Origin: Podospora anserina
Taxonomy: Eukaryota
Direction: 5' to 3'
Assembly (NCBI GenBank): GCA_017654855.1
Contig: CM030333.1
Span: 3,410,001 to 3,474,000, forward strand
Length of the DNA: 64,000 nt
In this document: positions 48,197-62,116 of the stretch, in pieces
Layout of the letters: the number at the start of each line of letters is the position of its first letter
Position numbering within the stretch: position 1 is the first letter of the stretch
The notes under the pieces: model-generated
Told to the model about the DNA's origin: nothing
Databases searched by the model: none
What the model saw: the letters and a program-made list of their open reading frames with translations, nothing else
Translations under genes and position numbers: made by a program

Positions 48197-49193
48197 GTTT
48201 GGGGTGGAGGGGGAGGTTTCGTATATCAGCGGATACCACATGTTTTTCTGTTTTCGGTATGGAGTTTGAAGGTTGGGTCTGGCTTTCTTATTATAATACA
48301 CGTTATAATACAGTTTAATACTCATCCAGCTGTGCCATTTACATCTCTGGCCATGTTCTTTCTCCTATTTTGTATGTATGGCCCCTTTCTTTGACACACC
48401 AGTACATTAGCACATCATCGTCCCAATACAACAACACAATCGTGTTAACATAAACTATAATTGTCCCAACATAACACATAATCGTCTCAACATAACACAT
48501 AACCGTCCCAAAATTGAATGTTAATGATAGGCGTCACGGCATCAAGTTACATCATTCACTCACTCGCAACTCACTCAAAGAATGTATAACATCCACAGTC
48601 AAATCACATCACCACCACTTTCAGGCCAAAGTTAAAAATCAACACCTTTATTCCCTTTCCTATACTGAGGTGTTATGATCCCTTCTCCCCACCCTCATCG
48701 TCTGAGCAGTAGATGTCCCCGTCCCAGCCACCGCAATGATCAACACATACATAACCTCACAAATCGAAATCAACGCCCCATCCACTTTTGTCCCCTTCTC
48801 TCCTCCTCTCATTTATATCCTCTTGCCCATACCAAGTGAAAAAGCGATGGGCGTGGGGTTATGAAAAAAAAAACCAAAAAAAAAGATGAAAAAAACCGCA
48901 GACAAATAAACAGAAAGATCAACGCAGACAAATAAAATCAAATATCAAAAAAAAACGCTCTATATTAACCACAACCCTTATCTGCCTCCTCCCACTGCCC
49001 TAATAACCCTCTTATCCCATGACCTTCTCCTCCTTCCTCCTCCAGACGTTTACCAACGCCGGAAAAAAATCGATCATGGGCGTGAGCAAACGGCATAAAA
49101 GGTGTCGTCAGCAAGCGTGTCTTTTTTACAAAAAATCCGACACAAAGTTCATGTTGTTGTTGTTGTTGTTGTTGTGAGATGAAAAGATGCTGC

Positions 49194-50571
49194 TCAAATA
49201 GCACCATCATCCTCGTCATCATCCTCCATCTCGTCATCCTCATCGCCACCGTCGTTGATGTCAATGTTGTCGAATTTGAAGCCCGGGGTGCTAGGGGGTT
49301 GAGCACCGCCCTGTTTCTTGATGCGCTGGGGGCGAGTGGGTGTAGAGGAGGCAGAATCGTGGAGACCAGGGAGCGCATTATCGGGAGAAGAGGAAGAGTC
49401 GAGATCGATAACGTTGCCGTTGGCCGCGTGCTGGGCCACGACCTGGTCGTTCTTGGACTTCAACTTGGCCCTTTCGCCAGTCATGAGGTTCGACCACTGG
49501 CCCGGCCCACCAATCTGACCAGCCATCTTCTTCCAGGGCGAGTTCGCCTTCGGCTTGGAGGCCTCCTCGTCGAGAGCATCGTAGTTAACTTCAGGCGAGT
49601 CGACGTCGGAGGATGAGGTGACAACCTCGGGTGAGTCGAGAACCTTGGGCAAGGCGGGGGAATCAGCATGGGGGAAGATGAGCTCGGGCTCATCATCGAG
49701 CGAGGTGACGTCCGGCTCCCCCTTGACCTTCTGCTTCTTGGTGGGGGACTTGTGGGGCGTCTTGGGAGCAGGTGCGGCGGCAGCACGCTTTCTGGTGGGA
49801 GCAGGCTTCGCAGGGGAGGCTCTGGCTCCGGTGGCGGCTTTGGCAGCCTTGGTGGTGCCGCCTTTCACGCTGACGCCCTTTCGAACGCTGTGGCCGCCGT
49901 TCTGGAGATACTCTTCAAACGCGTCGGCAGGGTCTTGTCCGCTCTCAACGGCCTCCTTAAGCACGTTCGCCTGCTGCTTGATCGCTCTGAAGTGGTACTG
50001 AAGACCTTGCTCCGTGGAAGCACCAAAGTACTTCTGGAGATCTAAACAAAGTGTTAGTCATGTAATGTCATCTGGATCCAAGCAAGCACACCTTCAGCCC
50101 GAGGACCTCCTCTACCCCACACGTTGGAGGTGATCTTGGTGAAATCATACTCCGAGGGAGGAGGGCCCCGGCCCTCTTTATGAAGCTCATAAGCAAGACG
50201 AAGACCCTTCGCCTGAGCGTTGACACCACGGAAGCGGTGCTCGGCGGCCGAGGCGGTCATGCCCACCATGGCACCAATCTCTATTCACCCCACCAACCAC
50301 CGACGTTAGTGACTGCTCTAGACTCCAAGGCAAAACAAGATGCGCCGAGCCCAGCAATGAGCCCTCTGTTTACAGCCCAAAAGTCTAGAACAATCCGGCG
50401 GTGAGCGGCTCAGGGCGGGTCACGTGAAGGTCACGCGAGGGAAGGGTAGGAGAAGAAAGAAACAAACATACTCTTGTAATCAATAGACATGTTCTGGACT
50501 TGACTCGCAATGAGAGCAGCGAGCAAGCGCTGTTGGGTTTCGGTACTCTTGAAATCGGCCTTGCGCGACAT
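49194..50571 (-). CDS. Hypothetical nuclear protein with a duplicated small helical (Myb/SANT-like) module
   Basis: Introns 50281-50471 and probably 50042-50091. Product MSRKADFKSTETQQRLLAALIAS...IDYK|KIGAMVG...AEHRFR and LQKYFGAST..GLQYHFR, then a basic NLS-like region and an acidic tail. Confidence 0.72.
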
Positions 50572-51824
50572 CTTGACGATGATGTGTACGAGCCAAGATG
50601 TCCAGTTGTAGGCGGGAGGGCGAGGTCGGTCGAGCAGAGTTGGATGTGGTCGCTTGAGAGGCAAGGTGTAGTCGCAGCTGTTTATTTGAGAAAGTAAGAA
50701 GGTGAGCCAGTGATCGAATCTTGAGAAAAGAGAAGAGACGCGAAGGTCGGTCTGTAGAGTTGAGGGAGGTGGGGGAGAGAGCAGAGGTGAATAAAGGAAA
50801 ATCCGGCGAAAGTTGGCAGGGGGGGAGATAGCTTAAATAGATCACGTGGTGATGGAAGAGCAGGATTCCGCCAAAGGACTCTAGATGGAAAGAACGATCG
50901 ATGACTGCGGCTTGTAAACAGCTCCTCGAACTCGATGCTGCTGGCTTGGAGGGGTAGCCACCTGGCTCAGATGTTGTCACGCTCTGGACAGAATAACTGG
51001 CACTGCGAGTTAGCAAAGCGTATACTGACAGTAAACTTACACCTCTCCAAACAGGGAATAGGCCTCGAAAGATAGTCAACAGGCCTCAAAGGATAGTCAA
51101 TAGGCCTACAAAGAGAGCAAGGACGCCTATCAACTGTCTTCCGAGGCCCATTGAGCATGCTCCAAGGCGTATCAAGATACCATCCTCCGTTGACTTACTT
51201 TTTCAGTGTCCAGTTCGGTATGTTGTCCACAACGTGGGTGTCCAAGCCAGCAGTATCGAGCTGGAGCCAGCTGTTTGGAGCCTGGCGGTGATCGTGACTT
51301 GAGGCCAAGCGGTAATGTCTTCCAAAGCTCCGACGAAGAAATTCTTCAGCCCCAAGTGAGAAACTCTTGAGAAGTATCGAAAGAAGAGGAAGCTCAGACG
51401 AAGAAACTCTGATGAAGAAGAAGCCCTGATCAAGAAACTCTGACGAAGAGAAAAGCTCTGATCAAGAAACTCCGACGAAGCAAAAAGCTCTGATGAAAAA
51501 GGAGATGACAGGGGGATAGAGGCAAAAAAAAAGGGATAGAGGCAAAAAGGAAATGGGGCAAAAGGAGGATAGTAAACAAAATAATGTACATACCTAGCGG
51601 TGATGGTGTTTTGCCCTTGGCCTTGGTGTGGTGGCTCAGTGCTTGGGTTCCTACGAGAGAAAAGAAGAACAGAAGAAGGACAGGGCTGCAGAATCTGAGA
51701 TAAATATAGTTGTGGGAGAACAGAAACGGGCGCGGGCCGGTCTGTGTGTTAAAATGCAGGACTGAAGCTGCGGCCGCCGCCGGCACGGCGATGCCGTGGA
51801 TATGAATTCTAAAAAGAAGATAAT

Positions 51825-52380
51825 GCGTCTGCCGGGTTGACAATGTTGTTGATATGGGTCCTAAAGAGAAATGAAATGCGGTGGCGGTTTGTATGCCGAA
51901 CAATGGGATGGGACTTGAGCTATGTCCGCTACCGGCTCGGACGACTGGATGTCGTTAATATGGGTCTCAGAAAGGAAAAAAATAACGTCGGAGGTTTGTA
52001 TGTTGAACTGTGGGACTTGAGATATGTCCGCCGCTGGCTCGGATGAAGCTGTCGATATGGGTCGTGGAAAGAAAAAGAATGCGCCGGCGTTATATGTTGA
52101 ACTGCGTGACTTGAGCTGCGTCGGCTGAGCCGGTTGGATGATATTGTCGATACGGGTCTTGAGAAGAAAAAGAAGGCAGCTGCGGTCTATTTGTTGAGAT
52201 GAGCGACTGAAGCTCGCTGGATAATGCGTCAATATGGGTCTTAGAAAGGCGGTCTGTATGTTGAGATGAACGACTTAAGCTGTGCATGTCAAGCTAGCTC
52301 GATGATGTTGTCAAGATGAGTCTTAAAAAAACTCAAGATTGTGAAGGTAGGGACACTCTGTATGTTGAGATGAACTATGT
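51825..52380. repeat. Degenerate tandem array of about 6 units, 82-106 bp each
   Basis: Anchor RATATGGGTC-like at 51851, 51957, 52054, 52149, 52231 and 52313, each followed by an A-rich tract, TGTATGTTGA-like and usually GACTTGAGCT-like words. Confidence 0.75.
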
Positions 52381-53668
52381 GGGGAGAAAAGAATACTCAT
52401 GCTAAGCCGTGACAAACTATACCACTAGGTGTTTGTCTATCTCCTTATTCTAACTTTGTGACAAGGTAAGCAAAGACACAGACTCGTGCGGTAGAGACTA
52501 TGCAGCGAGCAGCTAAGTCTGCTCATCTTTCCCTTGCCATTCAATCAAGCTATTCAGGCAAGTAGATAGATAATTAGGTGCTTTGCTTCATTGTCATTGT
52601 CCATAGAGGACTCGACGGGCAGCCAGGGGTATACGAAAGGGGTGAATATACTACAAGGCATGGAGCAAATGCTGAGATGGACATGCATTGCTCTACGTAG
52701 GTGCCCAGTAGACTTCAATCGGAATGTCTGATGGTAGTCAATGGAAAGGCACAGTAGCCAATAAGGCTGCTGTTACACTGATGTTGCGCTAACATCATGC
52801 TGCGATGACTTTTGCAGTGTTGATGTTGAAGGTAAGAAAAGGGGTAGCAGTGGAAGCCAAGAAAAAAGCAAAAGTTTGCTCCAAGTTGAGAGGTATTTTG
52901 TTATAGAGATGAAAAGAAATCAGACTCAACTAACCGATAACTTAAAGACTGATGCTTATTTCTGATAGAGCTGGCGATTGGATTGTTGTATGAAGCTGCA
53001 TATGTTTAAACAAGCCCGTGAACAAGGCTGCAACTGAAATGGGTCAGTCGCTGTGGTGACCAAAATCAATAAAGGACCACATGTGGACACTTACCACCTC
53101 ATCAAAGGCGTCGGGTTTTGCAGCAAATGCCAACTGCTTAAAGTGAACGCTTCTTAATCTGGCGGGCGACAGCTGCTCTCGGACTCGCGATGGGGCTTAA
53201 ACTGGCTGTTGCAGAGGTGATGTCTTCATGGGAAAAGGAGAAAATCTCCAGCGCTGAGGCTGGAGATTCTTGGTGTTTCTAGCCCCACTTTGAGAGCCAG
53301 GGGTGAAGAGGGACTGGTCGCCTGGTTGCCAAGAACCTGACAGTTGGAGCCTCGAAAGCCAGCCTTGCAAGTTATCATCAAGATGCCGGCATTGGATCTA
53401 TCTTGACATAAAACAGCCTTCTGATGCAAGTGACCAGCAGACTTGATTAGGGACCGAAGGACCATATCGGCGCCACGGCGAGTTCAGGATGCCATCGATC
53501 AGAAGTCCTGTTCTAACAGAGCCCCTGCACATATGGAGTGAGTAGGCGATGCGGGTCTTGGCTTCCCCAACCCCCAATGGGTTGGTGGTGTTCAAACGTG
53601 AGTGTTTCAATCATCACATCAAAATTTATTACAAGATCTATATAATATTATGTACTCGTTGACATCAT

Positions 53669-54641
53669 TCATGTCGTCTTTTGAGCTTGGAGCACCGAAG
53701 TACCTCTGCGGCGCCCGCCTGCAAAAATATCGGCCTTGGGCTCGGCCCAAGTCGCCGTGCTGGGCAGCTCATGCTCCTTGATCTCAGTTGGGCCTTTTCC
53801 ATACATCCAGTATTGAACCCCAAGAAAGGAGTCACAGCAGGCCTGGAAGATACCGCAGAGCTTGAACGCCCATGGGATGGTCGTCTTGGAGGTGAAGAAC
53901 CAAAACATCTTCATGCTGTCACCGAGCAGCCAGCTGGCCAAGACGGAGAACCGGAAACCTTTGCAGGACCGGGACTTCGCATTGGCGATAATCTGTGGCA
54001 GAGGCAGTATAGCCTCAACAGCGAGCCCGATGTAGCCGATCAAGGAAGAATACCCCTGGTACACCGACGGAATAGGGGAGAGCAAGAGCTCGCAAGCCAC
54101 CAGGCCGACAAACAGGGACATTATAAACTGCCAGTATCTGCTCCCAACGTCAGCCAGCGATTTCTTTACATTATGATAGTGTCGAGAGGAACACACGGCT
54201 TGGGAGACCTCCACTGCCAAAAGTTGAACGGCCGTTGTCTCTCTCGCTCATTTATTTTGGCGAAGGGGACAGCAGCGTCACCGCCCTTTGACGAGGGCGC
54301 GGGGCGATGGTCGAGCGCAATCTTGAGAAGAACGACCTGCATGACGGTCATAACAAGCGATTGTATAAGGAGGGCAATGTCGAATTTGGCACCAGGGTAG
54401 TAGAATATCCTGCAGGGCTGGCGCGTTAGCAGGAAGCAGCCAAAAAAAAAAGACACGGCATCTCGGGGACCACGAACCTGAGCAGTGAGGCCACAAGCAT
54501 GATGAGGGGTATGTCGAGCGAGAAGCCGGCGCTCGACTTTGCGCGGTGCATCGAGTAGGCCTGGTCACTGTACGAGAGCAGCGGTGACAGCACGAGGAAC
54601 CCCGGGGTCAGATACCCCGACAAGGTGGTTAACCAGCTCAT
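53669..54641 (-). CDS. ANY1: PQ-loop membrane protein (ANY1/PQLC1-like)
   Basis: Introns 54410-54477 and 54138-54196. Motifs SYSDQ, SAGFSLDIP, EAILPLPQI, GFRFSVLASWLLGD. Confidence 0.85.
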
Positions 54642-57600
54642 GTTGGGTTGGTTGATATTGTTCCGTTCGTTGGCGAGTGTTGCTATTATTAGGGGAGCGC
54701 GGGCGCGGTAAGGTAGGCAAGGTAAGGTATATTATATTCGTCGAAGGGGGAGGACGTTCGAAGGGACACGGAGGCGTCTGTTGTGCGCTGTGCGCTGTCG
54801 CAATGGATAAATTGTAGGTTGCAGGGACGGCGGGCTCGTAGGGAGTGCCCGAGACAAGAATTGGACGATGGATGGAACCGGAAGTTGAAATATGGTGTTC
54901 TTTCAGACGCATGCCATCCCCGATGAACAGCCCTGTAAACAACCCGCAGCACCAGAATCAAGAATCGGAACAACGAAGATAGAAAGAATGAAGAAAACAG
55001 GAGACGCGACGGGATCCTCCAATTGCAAATTTTCGGGCCCGGTCTAGAGGCCGGCAGGGTCCAACGCCGAAAGCCAGAGGCCAAACACCGTTCAAAATCC
55101 GGCCCAAATGGATCCAGAATTACGGAGTCCCAACAGCGCACACGCGACACCCTGACCAGTTGACCCCACGATTGACCGAGCCGCCCTGACCAGCTGTCAC
55201 AGAGTAGCCTGACAGCTGCCAGCGATTTATCAACTCCTTAATGGGCAGCTTCAACCACCACCATCGATCGCTCTTTCACTTGACATCAATGAATCAATCA
55301 CTGCCTTGAAAACTTTGAACCCTTTTACTTGAAACCTTTCGCTGTCCAACTTCCTGCCCAAAATGCGTTTCATATCTCATCGACTTCGGCATACCTGCGT
55401 TTTATTGCGAGGATTTGATAAGTCAGATAATGACGATGTTCGGGGCGGTTCGTCATGAACATACGACCTGATACAGGTACCTCTTGTGCAAATCTTCAAC
55501 CTCTGCTTGCTGCAATCGGCTGACACAGTATCAACAGCTCCAGACCGGACTGGTTGGCAGCTCGGATCCTTACTCGAGCCTCACACTGGACAGTATGATG
55601 CCACTACATGCCAGGCCAATCGGGCCCCCTACTTGGGACCGTCAGCCATGTATTGGGATCGCAGCATAGGACGACCCTTTGACAGGCAATGAGTTCCGAT
55701 CACTGCCTCTAAAAGGACGGCACATCCATTTCTGGCACAGCGGAGCGCGAGACGGGGCTCTCATCAACCGAACCGGTGTCGACAAGAATCTACATCGCCC
55801 TCCGCCTCGTGACTCGGGATACCAGCTCCTCGGATTTCCGGATATCAAGCCTTCAGGAGTCACAGTACAACTGCTCCATGTCGCTGATGGGAGGAATGCG
55901 ACTACCTACGCACACAGTCAGCAGCACGGTTCGCCTGAAAAGACCCTTCTCAACACCCACCTGCTCGGCTCCACGCGACTTCCGACTATCGAGGCTCTCC
56001 TGAGACCGTCAGACACTGGACACCTAACCAGAGACCTACAGACTTCCAAATCACCTCAGGCTGTTTTCTTCTGGTGGAATTGCCCCTTAGCGATTCGACT
56101 CCCAGCCGGGGACCTGGAGGTCTTGGTCACCCTCCGCTAGACCCAGCCTACGCCTGTGCCGTTCGTTACGACGACTGTTCAACAGTTCGGTGAGTATGCA
56201 CGCTGTCTCATTGAATGAGCTGTCATGCAAGAGTAACCGGAAAAGGCACATCACGGAGAACTCACCCCCACCCGCATATCGCTCATCACATGAAGGGTTT
56301 GGGGTCGCAAAGCGTCAAATAGGCTCATCTCCTCGCCATCCTCTTGAGGCTTTGCCACCATGTTGCAGCAGAGTCGGCGATTATTGCTGGATGGCTTGCC
56401 TTTCTGGCACTAACGTTCAACTTTACTGCCAGCTCACAGCAGCCAATGGCCCACGCCATCAACAGAGAGGATGGGCGTGAGAGACAGAGGCCTGGGAACA
56501 CAATTACCAGAACACTCCCCTGTTATCCCGTCGAAATGCGCGGTGCGCTACTGCCGTTCAGCAAGTGCCGGTGGTGTTGGGCGTCACCAATTCGGAGGGT
56601 TTGCTACCACATGGCTGACACCAGCCCCCAACCATCTTGGCGCGACAAAGGTGGTGGTGAGACCTAACTTTTGCACAAGTAAGCTTATGGCCTGGAGATG
56701 CATTTCAAACACTCTTCGAGCATGCTACCCGTCTCAATGCCATGGGTCCCGGGAGAACTGGACAGACCATAATCGAGGCTCATTCAGCGCCCGGCGTTAT
56801 CACGGACGAGGCGTCTGCACCGAACCCGGTTTGCTGGCACATCTCGGAGCCCACTCGGCGCCATTCCGCGGCTGAAGTTGCTGGGGCATTCTCGGACCTG
56901 CTTTTTACCCTACACCGACTTGGTCTACTTGCAGTGGTGTGCCATGAAGCCCTATTTGGTTCGTTCTTACTGACAGCAAGACAGGTCAGTACACACTGTT
57001 GACCTGCCAGACGGTTACCTTTCAGTCTTTCCGTGGCAATATGCAAGCGCCCCGTGGCAAAAGCTCACCAAATGATCGGCCCGACGGCGAATTCGCGGAC
57101 GAAGGTCAGCAATCGGGTCCCCCGGCGCGGCCTTGACGGCGCGGAGCGCCCCTCATCAAAGCAATAACCTATTGCCGAACCGGTGTCGTCCGCTTATTTG
57201 CCTACCAAGTAGACCATCCTCAGAGTTTGGGTATACCAATACCCATCCAAGATCGGCTCGGATATGCTCAGCCGGCTCATTTGCTTGACATACGGCGCAG
57301 ACTCTGCCCCTCATTGGTTCCTGGCCAGGTGCTTTTTGTCCATTATCCTGCTGCCGACGAAGGACCTCAATGGTCACCTGTTATTGGCGACTATTTTCAG
57401 CTCACTTTCCACTCATAATGCTACTCCGGCTGCCAGCGCCGGTTGACAAGCCGGAGCGGAGCCGTATTGCATAACGTTCCATAGTCTTACCAAACCGGGA
57501 ACGCTTCTACTGTTGGCGCGCTCGCATATCACAACAGTATCCACGACAAGACAACGTCGGGACTACAGTATGTGGTACTAGCTTTTATGCATGCATACTG

Positions 57601-60600
57601 CCGAGATTGCTGTATGCTGTCATGGAGGCAGATGCGAGACAGACTATCGAAACTCTCAACATCAAGGCACCCGTCCTTCCCCGCCAAACATCTGGCGTTC
57701 TTTTGTCAGCGGTAGCAGCGTCTTGCTTGCGCCAAAGCTCAAAGGAATGCTGGTCAAGATACATCCTTGCGCGCTTCCACTCGTGGTCTCTCGGACGATG
57801 TCAACAAATTGTCGTGTACTTTCTATTTGTTGCCGAACCTTCAGAGGAGAGAGACAACTATGCATCACGCCGTCGAAAATTCCCGGTACCACTCTGCAAG
57901 ATGCCGCAAGCTGCATTCGGAGTTCGCCTTGGTGAGCTCAGCTCGACTATGTCATCACTTGGTGTATCACTAGATGCTCATTGTCACTATCAGATAAGGT
58001 TGGTACGGATGCAAGCCGGGTTGGATGTATACCACCTGGCTATAAGAGTGACAATAAGCTATGATTTTCCCCAAACCCGGGGCACGGCTCAGGATCTTTT
58101 ATTAGAGTCTGGGCAAGATGCGATGGTGGCCTGGAGCGGCAGATCTAGTTCTCGTGATATCCTGTTTGTCGGGCTGGAGATTGGGGGCCCTTGAAAGTAA
58201 CCGTCACCTCGTGGGAAAAGGCATCACCTCCGCGCGGCGGCGGCCTCGCGACGCCGTGAACAACAGGAGATGGTGGTTAATTCATCTGATATCAGCCAAC
58301 CGACCCTGCAGGAATCCGAGTTCGTCCGATTGTCCCATGTCGGAGGAGGTTCTCCCTCTGTCAACGACTGCAGGAGGAAATTGCATCGGTATTGCTCATG
58401 CAGCACGGGCAACTTGGAGTTCACAAGAGTTAGGGAATGGTGTGCTGCCTCCCCCGCTTCTCTGCCTCGCAAAGTTCCAATGATGTGGCCCTCTCGCATA
58501 GCCCAGCCATGGACGAGGACCTGTTCGGGCGATGCACGGCAGTCTCCAAGTTGCACCACAGGATGCGGAACGAAGGCTGCAAGTGCCGTGGAAAAGCTCG
58601 GTGGGAACTTGCCTAGAGCTTGAGGTGGACGAAAAGGGACAATGTGATGATAGGCACGGATAGAAGCCAAGGAGGAATCTGGAGGTGGGGAAGAAACTCG
58701 CAGGGCAAACAAGGCAAGGGGGTCAGACCGTTACGCTGGGGCCGTGCCGCATTCCCTGTCCAGCCCCTCCTCTTCTTCTCACCTTGACGGAGCGCAATGC
58801 CGAGAACGATGCATGATGCGGCGCAATATCCCTGCCGAGGCGAGAGTTGGGAGGGAAGGCTCTCCTCTCAGCAGACGAGTGTGCTGCGGTAGAGCTGACC
58901 TGGTCGCATCTCTGCCAGCTATGCGAACACAGGCTAATTGCTGTTTCTATATTGCCCGGTCCATCGCCATGACGGAAGACGTTGGAACGGCCACACACGA
59001 GGCACAGGCAACGTGATTTGTTACCGGAGCAGCAATGAGCTGTCAATTTACTGTGCCGCTCGCAACCCATCAGACCCATCATCACGGTGAACGGGAGAGG
59101 ATTGCGGCGTCCGCGCAAGAAACGAGGGGGACAAGCATTCAACGTTGTCGTCGAACCGAGGGAGGTGGTGAAGAGCCGCTAAATTACGCCTCCCGGGCAC
59201 AGACAGCCGATGATGCCTTGGCCAGGGTCTCTTGGGCTCGATCGTCTGGTTCACTCTCTTGTTTGGGTTGACTGTTGTTTGGTTCCTGGGGTTGGGTCGC
59301 CGACCTGAACCAACAAGACGACGTTGATGTCTGTGTGGGCTCTTCGACGTTATGCCAGGTAGTAAAAGAGAGACAGAGACAATTGCTTCACTGTCGGGCC
59401 ACCGTTCCAACACCCATGCCGGCTCTGCTCGGCTGCTGATTGGCCCAAGGCGAGCTTCCAGCGTTGCACAGCACACGGACCAGATCAAGAGTCGAAATCG
59501 GTGTTCATCTGGATGGAGCGGTGGTGTATCGGGTCCTAAAAATAGGCTGCGCCTCTGGACACATTGAGCCTAGTTGCCGTTTTGCTATGTCGATGGCGGC
59601 GAGGCGGCCTGTTATCGCCCTTTTTTTCTTCTTTTTTTTCACTATCCCAGCAGCGTAACCATGGAGCGTCGAGATGTTGCTCCGTCTGACAGATAGATAG
59701 GTGGCACGCTGCGGCATTTGCCCAAAGGGGGCTGCCATCGATCAGGGCATTATGCATCATCCTCACCAGACAGCACCCTCAACAGGCAAAGATGACGCCT
59801 CGAATCCAGAGTGCGAGTGCATCCCAAACCCCACCACCCAAGACCCCAGATGCCCAGGCGATGGTACTCCATTCCGACAATATGTTGCACTCGGCTCCGG
59901 GCTCACCTCATTCGTCGACCAAGCTCGCAAACGAACAAAAAACATCATGTTGCTCAACACGCCAAACCGCGGCATTGGCAACGGCGATCTCCCACTGCAT
60001 TACCGTCGGCACCATCTTCCCGCTCCGCAAACTCATCCGGCCAATGCTGCGTCCATCGGGGCTCGTGGTGCCGTGGTGTCTGCAGCTCAGCAACAGTGGT
60101 TCCTCAGCCCCTCGTATCCGGACGCAAACTCTACCATCTCTGGCTGGCCCAGAATCCAAGGGAGCCACAGGAGCGAAGTCACTACACTAGCCAAGAGTGT
60201 TGGATGCAGATGCCGCCACCGGCTGGACTCCCACTTGTAAATTGCAACCCGGTGACGTCGGGAAGAAAGGTTGAGCGCTCTTCCTCCGGAACTTGATCCT
60301 GAAGCGGAAGCTGGGCAGCAAAAAGAAAAACCTTGACGCCCTCGTAGCAACAGCAAGCCACGCCGTGTTCAGAGACACCCCTCGCGTGTCTTGTCCCAAA
60401 ATCGTAATTCTAGAAGGCCAGACGATGAGCAATCCTTGCCTGCCAAGCCGTGACCCCCGGAAAGTCTCAGCGCAACGCTTCCGGGGGGCCTGGTTTCCGT
60501 GCTGTCTCGGCGTGCTGGGCTTGCTCCGTGCGTTGCGCCGCGCCGGGGGACGACCACGGCGGGCTAACCAAGAAAAGTGCCATGCTTTTTGTATTCTCGT

Positions 60601-62090
60601 GATTGGAAAGAATCATGTTCTTACCCACTCCGGGGTCCCGCGGGGGTTCGGCAGTCGAGTCAGGAGAAGGGTACACTGTATGTATGGACCAGCCCTCGCT
60701 CAGCTGAACGGTCTGAGACAGAGGAGAGTGACAGAGCAGAGCACATCATCCGACAACGAACGGTGATGCGAATGGCCCTCATCTCAGCCATCGTGCGTGT
60801 ACAGCAAAGCAAAGGACCCAAGCTCACGACATATCGGTCGATCTTAGCACGGCTTCCCTGCCCATTATTGGAAGCGGCAGCCCGAAGCATGATGCTGACT
60901 TATATTGCAGTTTTGGTAGTATATTGGGGGGTCTGTTCGACGTTGATTGAGACTATTAGAAAGAGACAACCCATCATCAACCCACATGGGTCTAGTAATG
61001 TCACTCTGCAGACGACGGTAGGTACCTAGTGGATGGTGCTTGCTCTTCAGGCTGCAGGCTCTACTCTACGACACTGGTGGAAGTGCCTGTTGACGTGGGC
61101 AACACAAACAGCAAGTTACAGTTAGAGCTACCAGCCCGTGATTTCGGAGCCTTCTTGATGTCTGGCGGATCTCATCTCATGGCGATCCGGCCAGCACACA
61201 CGCAAAAGACACACCATCACGGACCTGGAGGTGGGATTGCATGACACGCCGCCGCAGGGGAACACGAAGAGGATGGCATAGTCAGCACCGCAGGCAGGTG
61301 ACCCAGCATGTTTGAGATGGATGAGATCCAGTTACCTATCTGCCTGTTGTGATGAACGACGGCGTTTTCGCCGGTCAAATCCAAAAGAGGCTGACGGTTG
61401 GGTTGGATGATAGTGGAGGGGCACAAGATCCGTCTCTTGGCACACCATCTTCAACCCGGCATGTGTTTCTGTTTTCCTGTCGAAGTCGCGTACCTGGGAG
61501 TCGAGGTGGTTGCCGCATCACTACATCTGCCTCTGCCGTATGCATACACAACACAACACACACAACACACACAACACATCATAACACAGGCAGCCTCGTC
61601 TCGCCTACGTCGAAGTCCTCAACAATATCGAAACAAGAGATACTGCGGTGGTCGGAGGTGCTGGCAACGATACGGTACTTCTCGGCGGCATTTGTCGTCC
61701 GTTGCTCCACCGCAGCGTCCACCCAGACTGGGCCCTCGCTTTCCCCAGACTGTTCAAGGGTGAGCAACGGGGAGCAACGGGCGAATCCAAGACTGGGCTC
61801 AAAAGGGCCGATCAAGCAACTCCCGATCAAATCCCCAAGCTCCGCCATCCCGCCAAGACCGCGGCTACCCATAGGGATTCCACTTCTCACCTTGTGATCC
61901 ATCACCACCGCAACGCGGATATACGCCGGTGTTGCACCTTGGCCAGAGCCCTACACGTAGCATCACGGCACAGCCAGCGGTGCAGAGATGAACAATGAAA
62001 AGACCGGCCAGTTCTGTGGCCGGATCGTCGCCTTCTAGAGAATTCCAAAGCACCCCCTACAGTACCGCGTATGTACCTCGGCGGCACAGG

Positions 62091-62116
62091 CTCTCTCTCT
62101 CTCTCTCTCTCTCTCT
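62091..62116. repeat. (CT)n microsatellite
   Basis: About 13 CT units. Confidence 0.9.

Noticed and set aside
51825-52380. CRISPR-like array
   Set aside because: Eukaryotic context, units are degenerate along their whole length with no identical repeats or unique spacers, and there are no cas genes.
53226-53465. ILMITCKAGFRGSNCQ, faintly like an SNF2 helicase C-terminal motif
   Set aside because: One weak motif with no flanking helicase motifs that I could find.
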